From an uncultured Bacteroidia bacterium (lineage in GTDB: Bacteria > Bacteroidota > Bacteroidia > Palsa-948), in assembly GCA_964481195.1 (NCBI GenBank), contig CAYZTB010000006.1, positions 13,250 to 77,249 on the forward strand: a stretch of 64,000 nt of DNA, written 5' to 3'. A program made the translations under genes and the position numbers. Positions 38,595 to 47,225 of this stretch are shown here, one piece after another. The first letter of the stretch is position 1. The number at the start of each line of letters is the position of its first letter. The notes beneath the pieces were generated by a model. The model worked only from the letters and a program-made list of their open reading frames with translations. It had not been told where the DNA came from and did not search any database.

Positions 38595-40502
38595 TTAGTT
38601 AAGTTCACTGAGTTCAAGCCAGCGCATGCTTTTTGTTTCAAGAGATGAAATTATTACTCCAATACGCTCAGAACACTCCATCATTTTTTTATGATCTTCG
38701 ATTCCGTTATTTAATTCCTTGGTAAGCTTTTCTTTTTCGGCTTCTAATTTTGAAATTTCTTTTTCAAGTTTTTCATATTCTTGCTTTTCTTTGAAGGAAA
38801 GTTTCTTTTTTGTGCTTTCTGTTTGTGGTGAAGACTTTCCTGTTTTGTCAGTTTCCTCGATTTTATTTATAGAACTTGTAGGGGCGCTATTTTTAGTTCT
38901 TTCTTCTAAGTCTTTCCGCTCTCTATATTCCGAGTAATTACCTGGAAAGTCTCGCACAACCCCTTCTCCTTCAAACACAAATAGATGATCCACTAACTTA
39001 TCCATAAAATATCTATCGTGTGTAACGATCATCACACATCCTTGGAAATTTGTTAAAAAATCTTCTAGCACACTAAGTGTTACAATATCTAAATCGTTTG
39101 TTGGTTCGTCTAATATTAAAAAGTTTGGGTTTTTAATTAAGATGGTCATTAGGAATAGTCTGCGTTTTTCTCCTCCACTTAATTTAGAAACCATGCTATA
39201 TTGAACCTCCGATGGAAACAAAAAACGGGTAAGTAGTTGGGTGGCACTCAGCTTTGAGCCATCAGCTAAAGGAATGTATTCTGCAATGTCTTTTACTACA
39301 TCAATAACACGTTTGTCTTCTTTTAATTTTATCCCTTCTTGTGAATAATAGCCGTAAACAATTGTTTCTCCACTGGTAATAGTCCCTGCATCAGGCTTTT
39401 CTAATTCCATTATCATGTTGAGGAAAGTAGATTTTCCAGTTCCATTTTTACCTACCACGCCAATTTTTTCGCCTTTCTTAAATATGTATGAGAATTCGTT
39501 TATGATTTTTGTTTCGCCAAAGGCTTTTTTTATTTTGTTTACTTCCAATATTTTTTTTCCAAGCCTATTCATTTTTACACTTAGCTCCAGTTTTTTTTCT
39601 ACTTGCTTGCTAAAGGCTTTGTCTTTAACATCGTAAAATGCTTCTACACGTGATTTGGATTTTGTTCCCCGTGCTCTAGGCATTTTTCGTACCCACTCCA
39701 ATTCTCGTTTATATAAATTTTTTGCCTTATCAATTTCGCTGCCTTCTGCTGATTCGCGCTCCGCCTTTTTTTCTATATAATATTGAAAATTTCCTTCGTA
39801 AGAAAACAATTTTTTATTATCAATCTCAATGATTTCGTTACACACGCTATCCAAAAAATAACGATCGTGTGTTACAAGTAGCATTGTGAGGTCTTTGCTG
39901 ATGAGGTAGTTCTCTAGCCACTCAATCATTTCAACATCTAAATGATTTGTAGGCTCATCCAGCATCAACAATTGTGGTTCGTCTATAAGGACTTTTGCCA
40001 ACGCAACTCGCTTTTTTTGTCCGCCCGATAACACGCCAATTTTAGTGTGTAGAAAAGCAATTTTTAGTCGTTGCAAAACTTCTTTTACTTTGGATTCTAC
40101 TTGCCATGCTTCCAGATGATTCATGGCCTCGGTAGCTTTTTCTAATCGATTCGAAGTTTTATCATTCACTTCAGCTTCAAAGTCTTCTAAAGCAAAATCA
40201 TATTCACGCACCGCATTTAAAATAGGATTGTCCGTTTTGTATATCGCTTCTTCAACCGTATCGTTATCGTCAAAAACTGGGTTTTGACTTAAGTAAGTAA
40301 CCATGATATCGCTTCTAAAAGTCACTTTGCCTTCGTCTGGAATTTCTTCTCCAATAATAATTTTTAAAAGCGAAGACTTTCCTGTGCCGTTCTTAGCTAT
40401 AAGGCCAATGCGCTGACCTTGGTTTAGTCCAAAACTTATCTTGTTAAATAATGTTTTTGCTCCATATGCTTTGGAAATATTTTCTACTGATAAGTAATTC
40501 AC
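38595..40502 (-). CDS. ABC-F family ATPase (Uup/YbiT-like) with a C-terminal coiled-coil tail
   Basis: 635 aa with two cassettes: GKNGTGKSSLL / LSGGQKKR and GKNGTGKSTFL / LSGGEKRR. The C-terminus is Lys/Glu-rich coiled coil. Confidence 0.85.
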   Translation of the reverse strand: MNYLSVENISKAYGAKTLFNKISFGLNQGQRIGLIAKNGTGKSSLLKIIIGEEIPDEGKVTFRSDIMVTYLSQNPVFDDNDTVEEAIYKTDNPILNAVREYDFALEDFEAEVNDKTSNRLEKATEAMNHLEAWQVESKVKEVLQRLKIAFLHTKIGVLSGGQKKRVALAKVLIDEPQLLMLDEPTNHLDVEMIEWLENYLISKDLTMLLVTHDRYFLDSVCNEIIEIDNKKLFSYEGNFQYYIEKKAERESAEGSEIDKAKNLYKRELEWVRKMPRARGTKSKSRVEAFYDVKDKAFSKQVEKKLELSVKMNRLGKKILEVNKIKKAFGETKIINEFSYIFKKGEKIGVVGKNGTGKSTFLNMIMELEKPDAGTITSGETIVYGYYSQEGIKLKEDKRVIDVVKDIAEYIPLADGSKLSATQLLTRFLFPSEVQYSMVSKLSGGEKRRLFLMTILIKNPNFLILDEPTNDLDIVTLSVLEDFLTNFQGCVMIVTHDRYFMDKLVDHLFVFEGEGVVRDFPGNYSEYRERKDLEERTKNSAPTSSINKIEETDKTGKSSPQTESTKKKLSFKEKQEYEKLEKEISKLEAEKEKLTKELNNGIEDHKKMMECSERIGVIISSLETKSMRWLELSELN

Positions 40503-40505
40503 ACG

Positions 40506-41342
40506 TTAAGGTTTAGCATTATTAAATTCATATTTCAGTCCTATTTGAGAGCTAATTCCTAAAGTGGAATGATAAGAGGAGGATAGGTCTAATTGGATTT
40601 GTTTTAATTTGAAGCCAATTCCAAAGTTGCTTAATGCAGGATTAGAGGAGACTCCCAGACGTAGAAAAAAATTGTTAATAGGCTGGTATTCTAAACCTAT
40701 TTTTGAAATTGCTTTTTTTTCTACATCTTTTTCAATTTCAATAGCAAGAAGCACTTTTTTAGAAAATTTATAATCAGTACCTAAGCGTAAGATGGTTGCC
40801 ATACGCTCGTTATTGTAATTTGCTTGTTTTGTTCGTGAAATATTAAATAGGTGGATGCCAATTGTAAGGTCTTTGGTTGGTTTTGTTTGTATTCCTGCTT
40901 CGGCAACTAATGAGCTTCGTTTTCCATACTCTGCAATGCTTGTCTCCAAATAGTCAAGCATGATACCTGCTGCAATCTTTTCCCCAAATGATTTTCCAAA
41001 AGCAAACCCGATCTTAGTTTGATTAAATAGTAAAAATCCAAAATTTGATAGGCATACTCCAAATGTTCCGTGTTTGGTTGGAGTAGCAAAAGAAAATGCA
41101 CTGGTGCCTAGTTCTTTTGTATAAAATTGATTTTGATAATACGTTCCTATTTCAGTTCTTTTTAGAAACCCTAATCCCGCTTGGTTGTTTTGTGTGGACC
41201 AAACGTCTGACAAAGATACAGAGGCATTTCCCATTCCCCAAGAACGAGAGCCTAGCGGGGAATTATCGGAAGCTACTGCGGCTTGAGTAGAAAGTAAAAA
41301 GCAAAGGGCAGTAGAATAGTGAAAAATTAATAATCGATTCAT
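40506..41342 (-). CDS. PorV/PorQ-family-like outer-membrane beta-barrel protein
   Basis: 278 aa. Signal peptide followed by LGSRSWGMGNASVSLSDVWSTQNNQAGLGF, which resembles the conserved N-terminal motif of PorV/PorQ-type T9SS outer-membrane proteins. Ends with an aromatic residue. Confidence 0.45.
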   Translation of the reverse strand: MNRLLIFHYSTALCFLLSTQAAVASDNSPLGSRSWGMGNASVSLSDVWSTQNNQAGLGFLKRTEIGTYYQNQFYTKELGTSAFSFATPTKHGTFGVCLSNFGFLLFNQTKIGFAFGKSFGEKIAAGIMLDYLETSIAEYGKRSSLVAEAGIQTKPTKDLTIGIHLFNISRTKQANYNNERMATILRLGTDYKFSKKVLLAIEIEKDVEKKAISKIGLEYQPINNFFLRLGVSSNPALSNFGIGFKLKQIQLDLSSSYHSTLGISSQIGLKYEFNNAKP

Positions 41343-42052
41343 TTTAATTGTCGCAAATAAAGTTGCACGGTATTTTCCAGCCCAAAATATAGTGCATCTG
41401 AAATTAAGGCATGTCCAATAGAAACTTCTAATAGATTTGGAATATTTTTTTTGAAGTAACTTAAGTTTTCGAGGTTTAAATCATGCCCAGCATTTATTCC
41501 AAGGCCTACTTTATTTGCAAGCAACGCAGACTCAATAAATGGTTTTGTTGCTTGTGATTTATTTTCGGAAAATAATTTTGCGTACGATTCCGTATAGAGC
41601 TCAATTCTGTCAGCGCCTACAAGTGCTGCGTGTTCAATATGTTTAGAGTTATTCTCAATAAAGATAGATGTACGTATGCCGGCATTTTTTAATTCAGAAA
41701 CAACTTCTTTTAAAAACATTTCATGCTTGACGGTATCCCACCCAGCATTTGAAGTAATAGCATCTGGTGGGTCGGGAACTAATGTAGCTTGATCTGGTTT
41801 TACTTTTAGAACTAGGTCCATCCATTCTTTTGATGGATAGCCTTCAATATTATATTCTGTGCTGACAATTTTTTTTAAATCAACTGCATCTTTGTATCGA
41901 ACATGTCTTTCATCTGGCCTAGGGTGAACAGTAATTCCTTCTGCTCCAAAACGTTCAATATCTGTAGCTGCTATAAGCAAGTTCGGCATATTTCCGCCCC
42001 TTGCATTTCGAAGTGTAGCAATCTTATTAATATTTACTGATAATTTTGTCAT
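41339..42052 (-). CDS. pdxJ: Pyridoxine 5'-phosphate synthase
   Basis: 237 aa. LSVNINKIATLRNARGG, GITVHPRPDERH and HDLNLENL match PdxJ conserved segments. Confidence 0.9.
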   Translation of the reverse strand: MTKLSVNINKIATLRNARGGNMPNLLIAATDIERFGAEGITVHPRPDERHVRYKDAVDLKKIVSTEYNIEGYPSKEWMDLVLKVKPDQATLVPDPPDAITSNAGWDTVKHEMFLKEVVSELKNAGIRTSIFIENNSKHIEHAALVGADRIELYTESYAKLFSENKSQATKPFIESALLANKVGLGINAGHDLNLENLSYFKKNIPNLLEVSIGHALISDALYFGLENTVQLYLRQLK

Positions 42053-42121
42053 AACAATTGCTGCGAATATCGAATAAATATGAATTAGAAATGGTTTTAA
42101 GCTTCTAATCGGGAATATATA

Positions 42122-42163
42122 AAAAATGCATTTTTAAGCTTTAAATATAAAAAATGTACATTT
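42122..42163. promoter_or_regulatory. Two AT-rich palindromes (AAAAATGCATTTTT at 42122-42135; AAATGTACATTT at 42152-42163) in the pdxJ / CBS-gene divergent promoter region; the second overlaps a TAnnTTTG-like -7 element (TACATTTG, 42158-42165)
   Basis: Both palindromes are exact. Each is preceded by the direct repeat TATAAAAAATG. TACATTTG matches the Bacteroidetes sigma-A -7 consensus and sits about 75 bp upstream of the CBS gene. Confidence 0.35.
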
Positions 42164-42243
42164 GTAACAGAAGTGTGTTTATAATTAAGTTATTATTGAA
42201 ACATACAGCCATCACTTACGTTTAACTTTGAAAAGGCACATTA

Positions 42244-42906
42244 ATGCTAGCATACGAATTGATAACAGAAGAAGTACCCTCACTTAAACCAACGGATTCA
42301 GGCAAAAAAGTTCTGGACTGGATGGAAGATTTCCGCATATCCCACTTGCCGGTTGTAAATAAGCGAGAGTTTCTCGGTTTAGTTTCCTATACTGATATGC
42401 TTGATTTGAATGCCGGTAATAAAACATTGGATAAACTTGATGTTTCTTTAATTAAGGCATACGTCCCTGAAAACTACCACATCTTTGATGTGTTAAAGGT
42501 TATTTCTACTCATAACGTAAGTGCGGTAGCTGTATTAGACGACAAAAACAACTACGTAGGAGTCATTACTGCTGAATCCATCATCCGTAAAATTGCTCAA
42601 ATGCCTTTTGTTAATGAACCGGGTGGGATCATTATTCTAGAAATAAATGTTCGTGATTATTCTCTTTCTCAGATTGCTCAAATTGTTGAAGGGAACGATG
42701 CGAAGATTCTTAATATGTATGTGAATTCTTATCCGGATAGTACAAAAATGGAAGTGACTTTAAAGTTGAATAAAGATGAGCTTGCTCCAATATTGCAAAC
42801 GTTTTCTAGATATAACTATACGGTAAAAGCTTCTTTTCGTCAATCAGATATGGGAGGTGATATTAAAAATCGCTATGACGAATTTATGCACTACCTGAAT
42901 ATTTGA
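42244..42906 (+). CDS. CBS domain-pair protein with a C-terminal ACT-like domain
   Basis: 220 aa with two CBS-like repeats (ISHLPVVNKREFLGLVSYTDM... and VSAVAVLDDKNNYVGVITAESI...) followed by a roughly 80 aa beta-alpha-beta-type tail. Confidence 0.65.
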   Translation: MLAYELITEEVPSLKPTDSGKKVLDWMEDFRISHLPVVNKREFLGLVSYTDMLDLNAGNKTLDKLDVSLIKAYVPENYHIFDVLKVISTHNVSAVAVLDDKNNYVGVITAESIIRKIAQMPFVNEPGGIIILEINVRDYSLSQIAQIVEGNDAKILNMYVNSYPDSTKMEVTLKLNKDELAPILQTFSRYNYTVKASFRQSDMGGDIKNRYDEFMHYLNI

Positions 42907-42916
42907 CCTTGCATTA

Positions 42917-44398
42917 ATGTTTCTTCTTAGAGTACTATTTACAACTCCTTTATATTTTATTTTTTTCTGTTCTTTTTTACAGACAGGAGAACTGTGTAGT
43001 CAAACTGCTGACTCCACATTGCTTTATGGTGAAAAGCTAGGAACTGACTCAGAACATTCTCCGCCACTAAATTATAAATATGTAATTGTAAATAATATTT
43101 TAATTCTTGGGAACAAAGTAACTAAGCGACATATCATTTTACGGGAGCTTTTATTTCAACCTGAGGATTCAATTCAAGTTTTAGATTTGAAAAATAAAAT
43201 TAAAACTTCTCGGGAAAACCTACTCAACACCTCCTTGTTCAATTTTGTAACCATTGATACGGTTTCATATGCGCCTTTTAAAATTAATTTTATTATCACA
43301 GTTGCCGAAAGATGGTATACTTGGCCAGCACCTATTTTTGAAGTGCAGGAGCGAAATTTTAACATTTGGTGGCAGACTAAAAACTTAGAAAGAGCTAATT
43401 ATGGTTTTTATTTAAATCGTACAAACTTTAGGGGAAGAAAGGAAGATTTAAGTTTCTATTTTCAGTTTGGATATACAGAAAAATATGGGCTTACCTATAA
43501 GATACCCTACATTGCAAAAAGTAATACAAGCGGTGCGGGGATTTCGTTTTCCTATTCAAGAAATAGAGAAGTAGCCTATATGTCATTTGATAACCATCAA
43601 TTATTTTTTAAAGACCCCAATCAAAAAATTAGACAGGAATTTACAAGCAAGATGCATTACAATTACAGAGCAGGTGCTAGAACCAATCATCTGATTGAAG
43701 CTAAGTATGTTCAGGCGAAAATTAATGATACGATAAACGATTACACAATAAATTATTTTTACAAAAACGATACAGAAATAAAGTTTTTGTTGTTGGATTA
43801 TTTTTTAAGATTCGACCAAAGAAACTCAAGAATCTTTCCTTTAAAAGGATATTATCTAGAGTTTGAGGCAACAAAAATTGGTCTGGGTTTACTAACTAGT
43901 GAAAAAACGAATGCATTAAACTTATTGATATCAGCTAAGGAATACATAAGAATCTCAAATAGGCTTTATCAGTCAGGAGGATTGCGCGTGAAATATTCGC
44001 CCACTAAAAATCAACCTTACTACATTCAGCGTGGTCTTGGGTGGGGGGAATATGTTAGGGGTTATGAATATTATGTAATTGACGGACAAAGTTATGGTGT
44101 GGCCAAGCTTGGGTTGAAGTATGAGATAATAAAACCCAAGATAAAGAAAGTTCCTTTTATTCCGTTTGAAAAATTTAACACATTTCATTTTTCACTTTAT
44201 GCAGGAATTTTTGGAGATGTAGGTTATGTGCAAGATTACCAATACTCTCTAGTAAATCCATTGGCAAATTCACTTTTATATGGTTATGGAGCAGGCCTAG
44301 AGTATGTTACTTACTATGATATTGTAATTAGATGTGAGTATTCTTTTAACAAGAGGCTTGAACATGGCTTTTTTGTTAGCTTTAGCGCAGGAATTTAG
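42917..44398 (+). CDS. BamA/TamA-family outer-membrane protein (single POTRA domain plus beta-barrel)
   Basis: 493 aa. POTRA-like N-terminal segment (NILILGNKVTKRHIILRELLFQPEDSIQVLDLKNKIKTSRENLLNTSLFNFVTID), then alternating-hydrophobic strands ending ...FFVSFSAGI. Confidence 0.5.
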   Translation: MFLLRVLFTTPLYFIFFCSFLQTGELCSQTADSTLLYGEKLGTDSEHSPPLNYKYVIVNNILILGNKVTKRHIILRELLFQPEDSIQVLDLKNKIKTSRENLLNTSLFNFVTIDTVSYAPFKINFIITVAERWYTWPAPIFEVQERNFNIWWQTKNLERANYGFYLNRTNFRGRKEDLSFYFQFGYTEKYGLTYKIPYIAKSNTSGAGISFSYSRNREVAYMSFDNHQLFFKDPNQKIRQEFTSKMHYNYRAGARTNHLIEAKYVQAKINDTINDYTINYFYKNDTEIKFLLLDYFLRFDQRNSRIFPLKGYYLEFEATKIGLGLLTSEKTNALNLLISAKEYIRISNRLYQSGGLRVKYSPTKNQPYYIQRGLGWGEYVRGYEYYVIDGQSYGVAKLGLKYEIIKPKIKKVPFIPFEKFNTFHFSLYAGIFGDVGYVQDYQYSLVNPLANSLLYGYGAGLEYVTYYDIVIRCEYSFNKRLEHGFFVSFSAGI

Positions 44399-44445
44399 CC
44401 ACTTTTACCTATTACAGTTTAAAGAATTACTGCTAACTTCAACCC

Positions 44446-45348
44446 ATGAAAATTGGTATTTACGGATATGCTTTAGGTGCGAGTTTATTTCCTAGACATA
44501 AAGTGAAAGCGGAATCATCTGCGGAGGCATTAAATACACTTTTGAAGAAATTAATTAATTCAAATATTGATATTTTTCTTTTTGAGCCTCTCTTAAATCA
44601 ATGTGCTGATAAGTCAAAAATAAAAGGTGTATTCTCAAGGTACGATGACATAAAAGGAAAAATAGATTTTCTAATTAGCATAGGTGGTGATGGTACTTTT
44701 TTGGAGACAGTTACTTTAGTTCGAGACTCTGGAATACCAGTAATGGGAATTAATACTGGTCGACTAGGTTTTTTGTCAGGTATATCTAATGAAGAAATTA
44801 GTTCAGCAATAGACTCTTTGTTGAGTAGTAAATATTCACTAGAAAAAAGAGCGCTATTGGAATTAGATATACAAGGTGATTATTTTAAAGATTGCAAATA
44901 TGCGTTGAATGAAATAACAGTTCAGAAAACAGATAGTTCTTCCATGATTACCATACAAGCCGCTGTAAATAATAAATTTTTAAATTCTTATTGGGCCGAT
45001 GGATTAATAGTTGCAACGCCTACCGGTTCAACAGCATACTCTTTAAGTTGTGGTGGGCCCATTGTTATGCCCGATTCGGAAAACTTTGTGGTAACTCCTA
45101 TTGCGCCTCATAATTTAAATATAAGACCTGTAATTATTTCTTCTAACGATACTGTTACTTTAGATGTGGAAGGGCAGGATTTTGGCTTTTTAATATCGTT
45201 AGATTCTCACTCCGAAAATGTACAATCACCGGTTAAAATTTCTATTAAAAAAGCTAATTTTTATTTTTCGCTCGTCACTCTTGAAAACCACGATTTTTTA
45301 CTCAAATTGAGACAAAAACTTAATTGGGGACTAGATAAAAGAAATTAA
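44446..45348 (+). CDS. nadK: NAD+ kinase
   Basis: 300 aa. GGDGTFL motif, NTGRLGFL, and DGLIVATPTGSTAYSLSCGGPIV (NAD kinase conserved core). Confidence 0.85.
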   Translation: MKIGIYGYALGASLFPRHKVKAESSAEALNTLLKKLINSNIDIFLFEPLLNQCADKSKIKGVFSRYDDIKGKIDFLISIGGDGTFLETVTLVRDSGIPVMGINTGRLGFLSGISNEEISSAIDSLLSSKYSLEKRALLELDIQGDYFKDCKYALNEITVQKTDSSSMITIQAAVNNKFLNSYWADGLIVATPTGSTAYSLSCGGPIVMPDSENFVVTPIAPHNLNIRPVIISSNDTVTLDVEGQDFGFLISLDSHSENVQSPVKISIKKANFYFSLVTLENHDFLLKLRQKLNWGLDKRN

Positions 45349-45388
45349 TTTTGAGTAATATTTTATTGATGTATGCGTTAATTAAGGA

Positions 45389-46279
45389 ATGCAAAATAAT
45401 ATGAAAAAGTTTTTATTAAGTTTTATTTTCATTTCTTTTAGCTTTTGTTCATCTTTCTTGTTTGCTCAAGGAGGTGAAATGTATGTACCCCACCCACTAA
45501 AAATTAGTGCTAAAACTTCTGAAGTTGGAGTATTTTTAGGCGGAAGTTATTATACTGGAGATTTAAATCCATCAGGACATTTTAATAGATTTACTAGGCC
45601 TGCAGTAGGTTTGTTGTATCGCATTAATCTTAATCCACGCTTGGCTACTAAAGCAGTAGCTTCTTTTGGAATTATTGAAGGCGATGATTCTTATTCGCGA
45701 AACGATGCACATCGAAACAGAAATTTGTCTTTCAAGTCAAAAATTATGGAGTTTGCCATTGAAGGGGAATTTAATTTTTTACCTTTTTCAACAGGAAGTA
45801 AAAAATTGGCGATTGTTACACCTTATGTTTTTGGAGGAGTAGCCGTTTACCATTTTAACCCAACAGGATTTTACGATAACAAATGGCACGCTTTACAGCC
45901 GCTTGGTACAGAAGGGCAAGGCACTGCTTTTTCGTCTAATAAAACGTATTCGCTAACACAATTTTCTATCCCGTTTGGTGTAGGGGCTAAAGTTAATACT
46001 GCTAAAAAAGTAAGCATAAACTTTGAGTGGGGTATTCGTAAAACATATACTGATTATCTAGATGATGTAAGTGGGCGTTATGTAGATAAGTCATTGTTAA
46101 CAGCCGAAAAGGGTGCCTTGGCTGGTGCGCTATCCGATAAAAGCCTTACCCAAGAAGGTGGTAGTAACACAGGAAGGCAACGAGGTAATTCATTTACTAA
46201 AGATTGGTATGCCTTTGCAGGAGTTATTATTGCCTTTCGAATGAAGAATAAAAAAAATGAATGTGATATGCCTCATTAG
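45389..46279 (+). CDS. Hypothetical outer-membrane beta-barrel protein (DUF6089-like)
   Basis: 296 aa. Signal peptide, alternating-hydrophobic strands, C-terminal aromatic-rich strand (AFAGVIIAFRM). Confidence 0.4.
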   Translation: MQNNMKKFLLSFIFISFSFCSSFLFAQGGEMYVPHPLKISAKTSEVGVFLGGSYYTGDLNPSGHFNRFTRPAVGLLYRINLNPRLATKAVASFGIIEGDDSYSRNDAHRNRNLSFKSKIMEFAIEGEFNFLPFSTGSKKLAIVTPYVFGGVAVYHFNPTGFYDNKWHALQPLGTEGQGTAFSSNKTYSLTQFSIPFGVGAKVNTAKKVSINFEWGIRKTYTDYLDDVSGRYVDKSLLTAEKGALAGALSDKSLTQEGGSNTGRQRGNSFTKDWYAFAGVIIAFRMKNKKNECDMPH

Positions 46280-46405
46280 GCTGTATTTTACGTAACTCCT
46301 TATATTTCTATATCTTGTTACACCACCATTCTACTATCTAATTTATCAGGGTATGGGCGTTGCTTTTTTTATCTTTGCTGCTATTAAATTGGAGCGGTTT
46401 TCCTT

Positions 46406-47218
46406 ATGTCAGAAGATAAAAAATCAGAAATGCCTTTCCTACAGCACCTTGAATCGTTGAGGTGGCATTTGGTGCGTTCAGCAATCGTTGTGATGATACT
46501 TGCTTTGGTTTTCTTTTATTACAATGAGTTTGTTTTTGGCACTGTAATATTTGGGCCTATGCGCGCAGATTTTTTAACCTATCGAGCCTTATGTAAACTT
46601 TCTATTATGCTTGGGTTAGACAATGCGTTATGCATGCAATCCATCTCTTTTGAGTTAATAAATATTGATTTGTCTGGCCAGTTTACAACACATATTTGGG
46701 TTTCTGTAATAGGTGGAGTAGTTGCAGGTGCTCCGTATGTATTATGGGAGTTCTGGCGTTTTGTTAGTCCTGCACTACATGAAAAGGAGAGGAAGTATAC
46801 TACTGGAGTAGTGTTTTTTGCCTCTCTACTTTTTATTATGGGAATTCTATTTAGTTATTATTGTGTTGTTCCGCTCACCATAAATTTTCTCGGTAACTAT
46901 CAGGTAACTCCCTTAGTCAGGAACGCAATTTCTATGAGCTCGTATATTTCTACGGTTACAGTCTTAACGTTCATTATGGGCATAGTTTTTGAACTTCCTA
47001 TCATCGTTTACTTTTTGACAAAGATTGGTTTGTTAGGGCATCAATTTATGCGTAAGAATAGAAAATATGCTATTGTGATTATATTAATAGTTGCTGCTAT
47101 TATTACTCCCTCATCCGATATTCCAACGCTGCTCATTGTTTCTGCCCCATTATATATATTGTTTGAGCTCAGTATATTTGTTTCGAAATATGCGGGTAAA
47201 ACACAACCAGCTAATTAG
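46406..47218 (+). CDS. tatC: Twin-arginine translocase subunit TatC
   Basis: 270 aa with 6 TM helices. N-terminal MPFLQHLESLRWHLVRS and conserved FGP...Y / ...GVVFF segments typical of TatC. Confidence 0.85.
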   Translation: MSEDKKSEMPFLQHLESLRWHLVRSAIVVMILALVFFYYNEFVFGTVIFGPMRADFLTYRALCKLSIMLGLDNALCMQSISFELINIDLSGQFTTHIWVSVIGGVVAGAPYVLWEFWRFVSPALHEKERKYTTGVVFFASLLFIMGILFSYYCVVPLTINFLGNYQVTPLVRNAISMSSYISTVTVLTFIMGIVFELPIIVYFLTKIGLLGHQFMRKNRKYAIVIILIVAAIITPSSDIPTLLIVSAPLYILFELSIFVSKYAGKTQPAN

Positions 47219-47225
47219 TAGTATC

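Noticed and set aside
47091-47225. Upstream extension of the DUF5686 ORF overlapping tatC by 128 bp
   Set aside because: The extension encodes a low-complexity Leu-rich peptide in another frame of tatC. A GTG at 47226 gives a proper signal peptide directly after the tatC stop.
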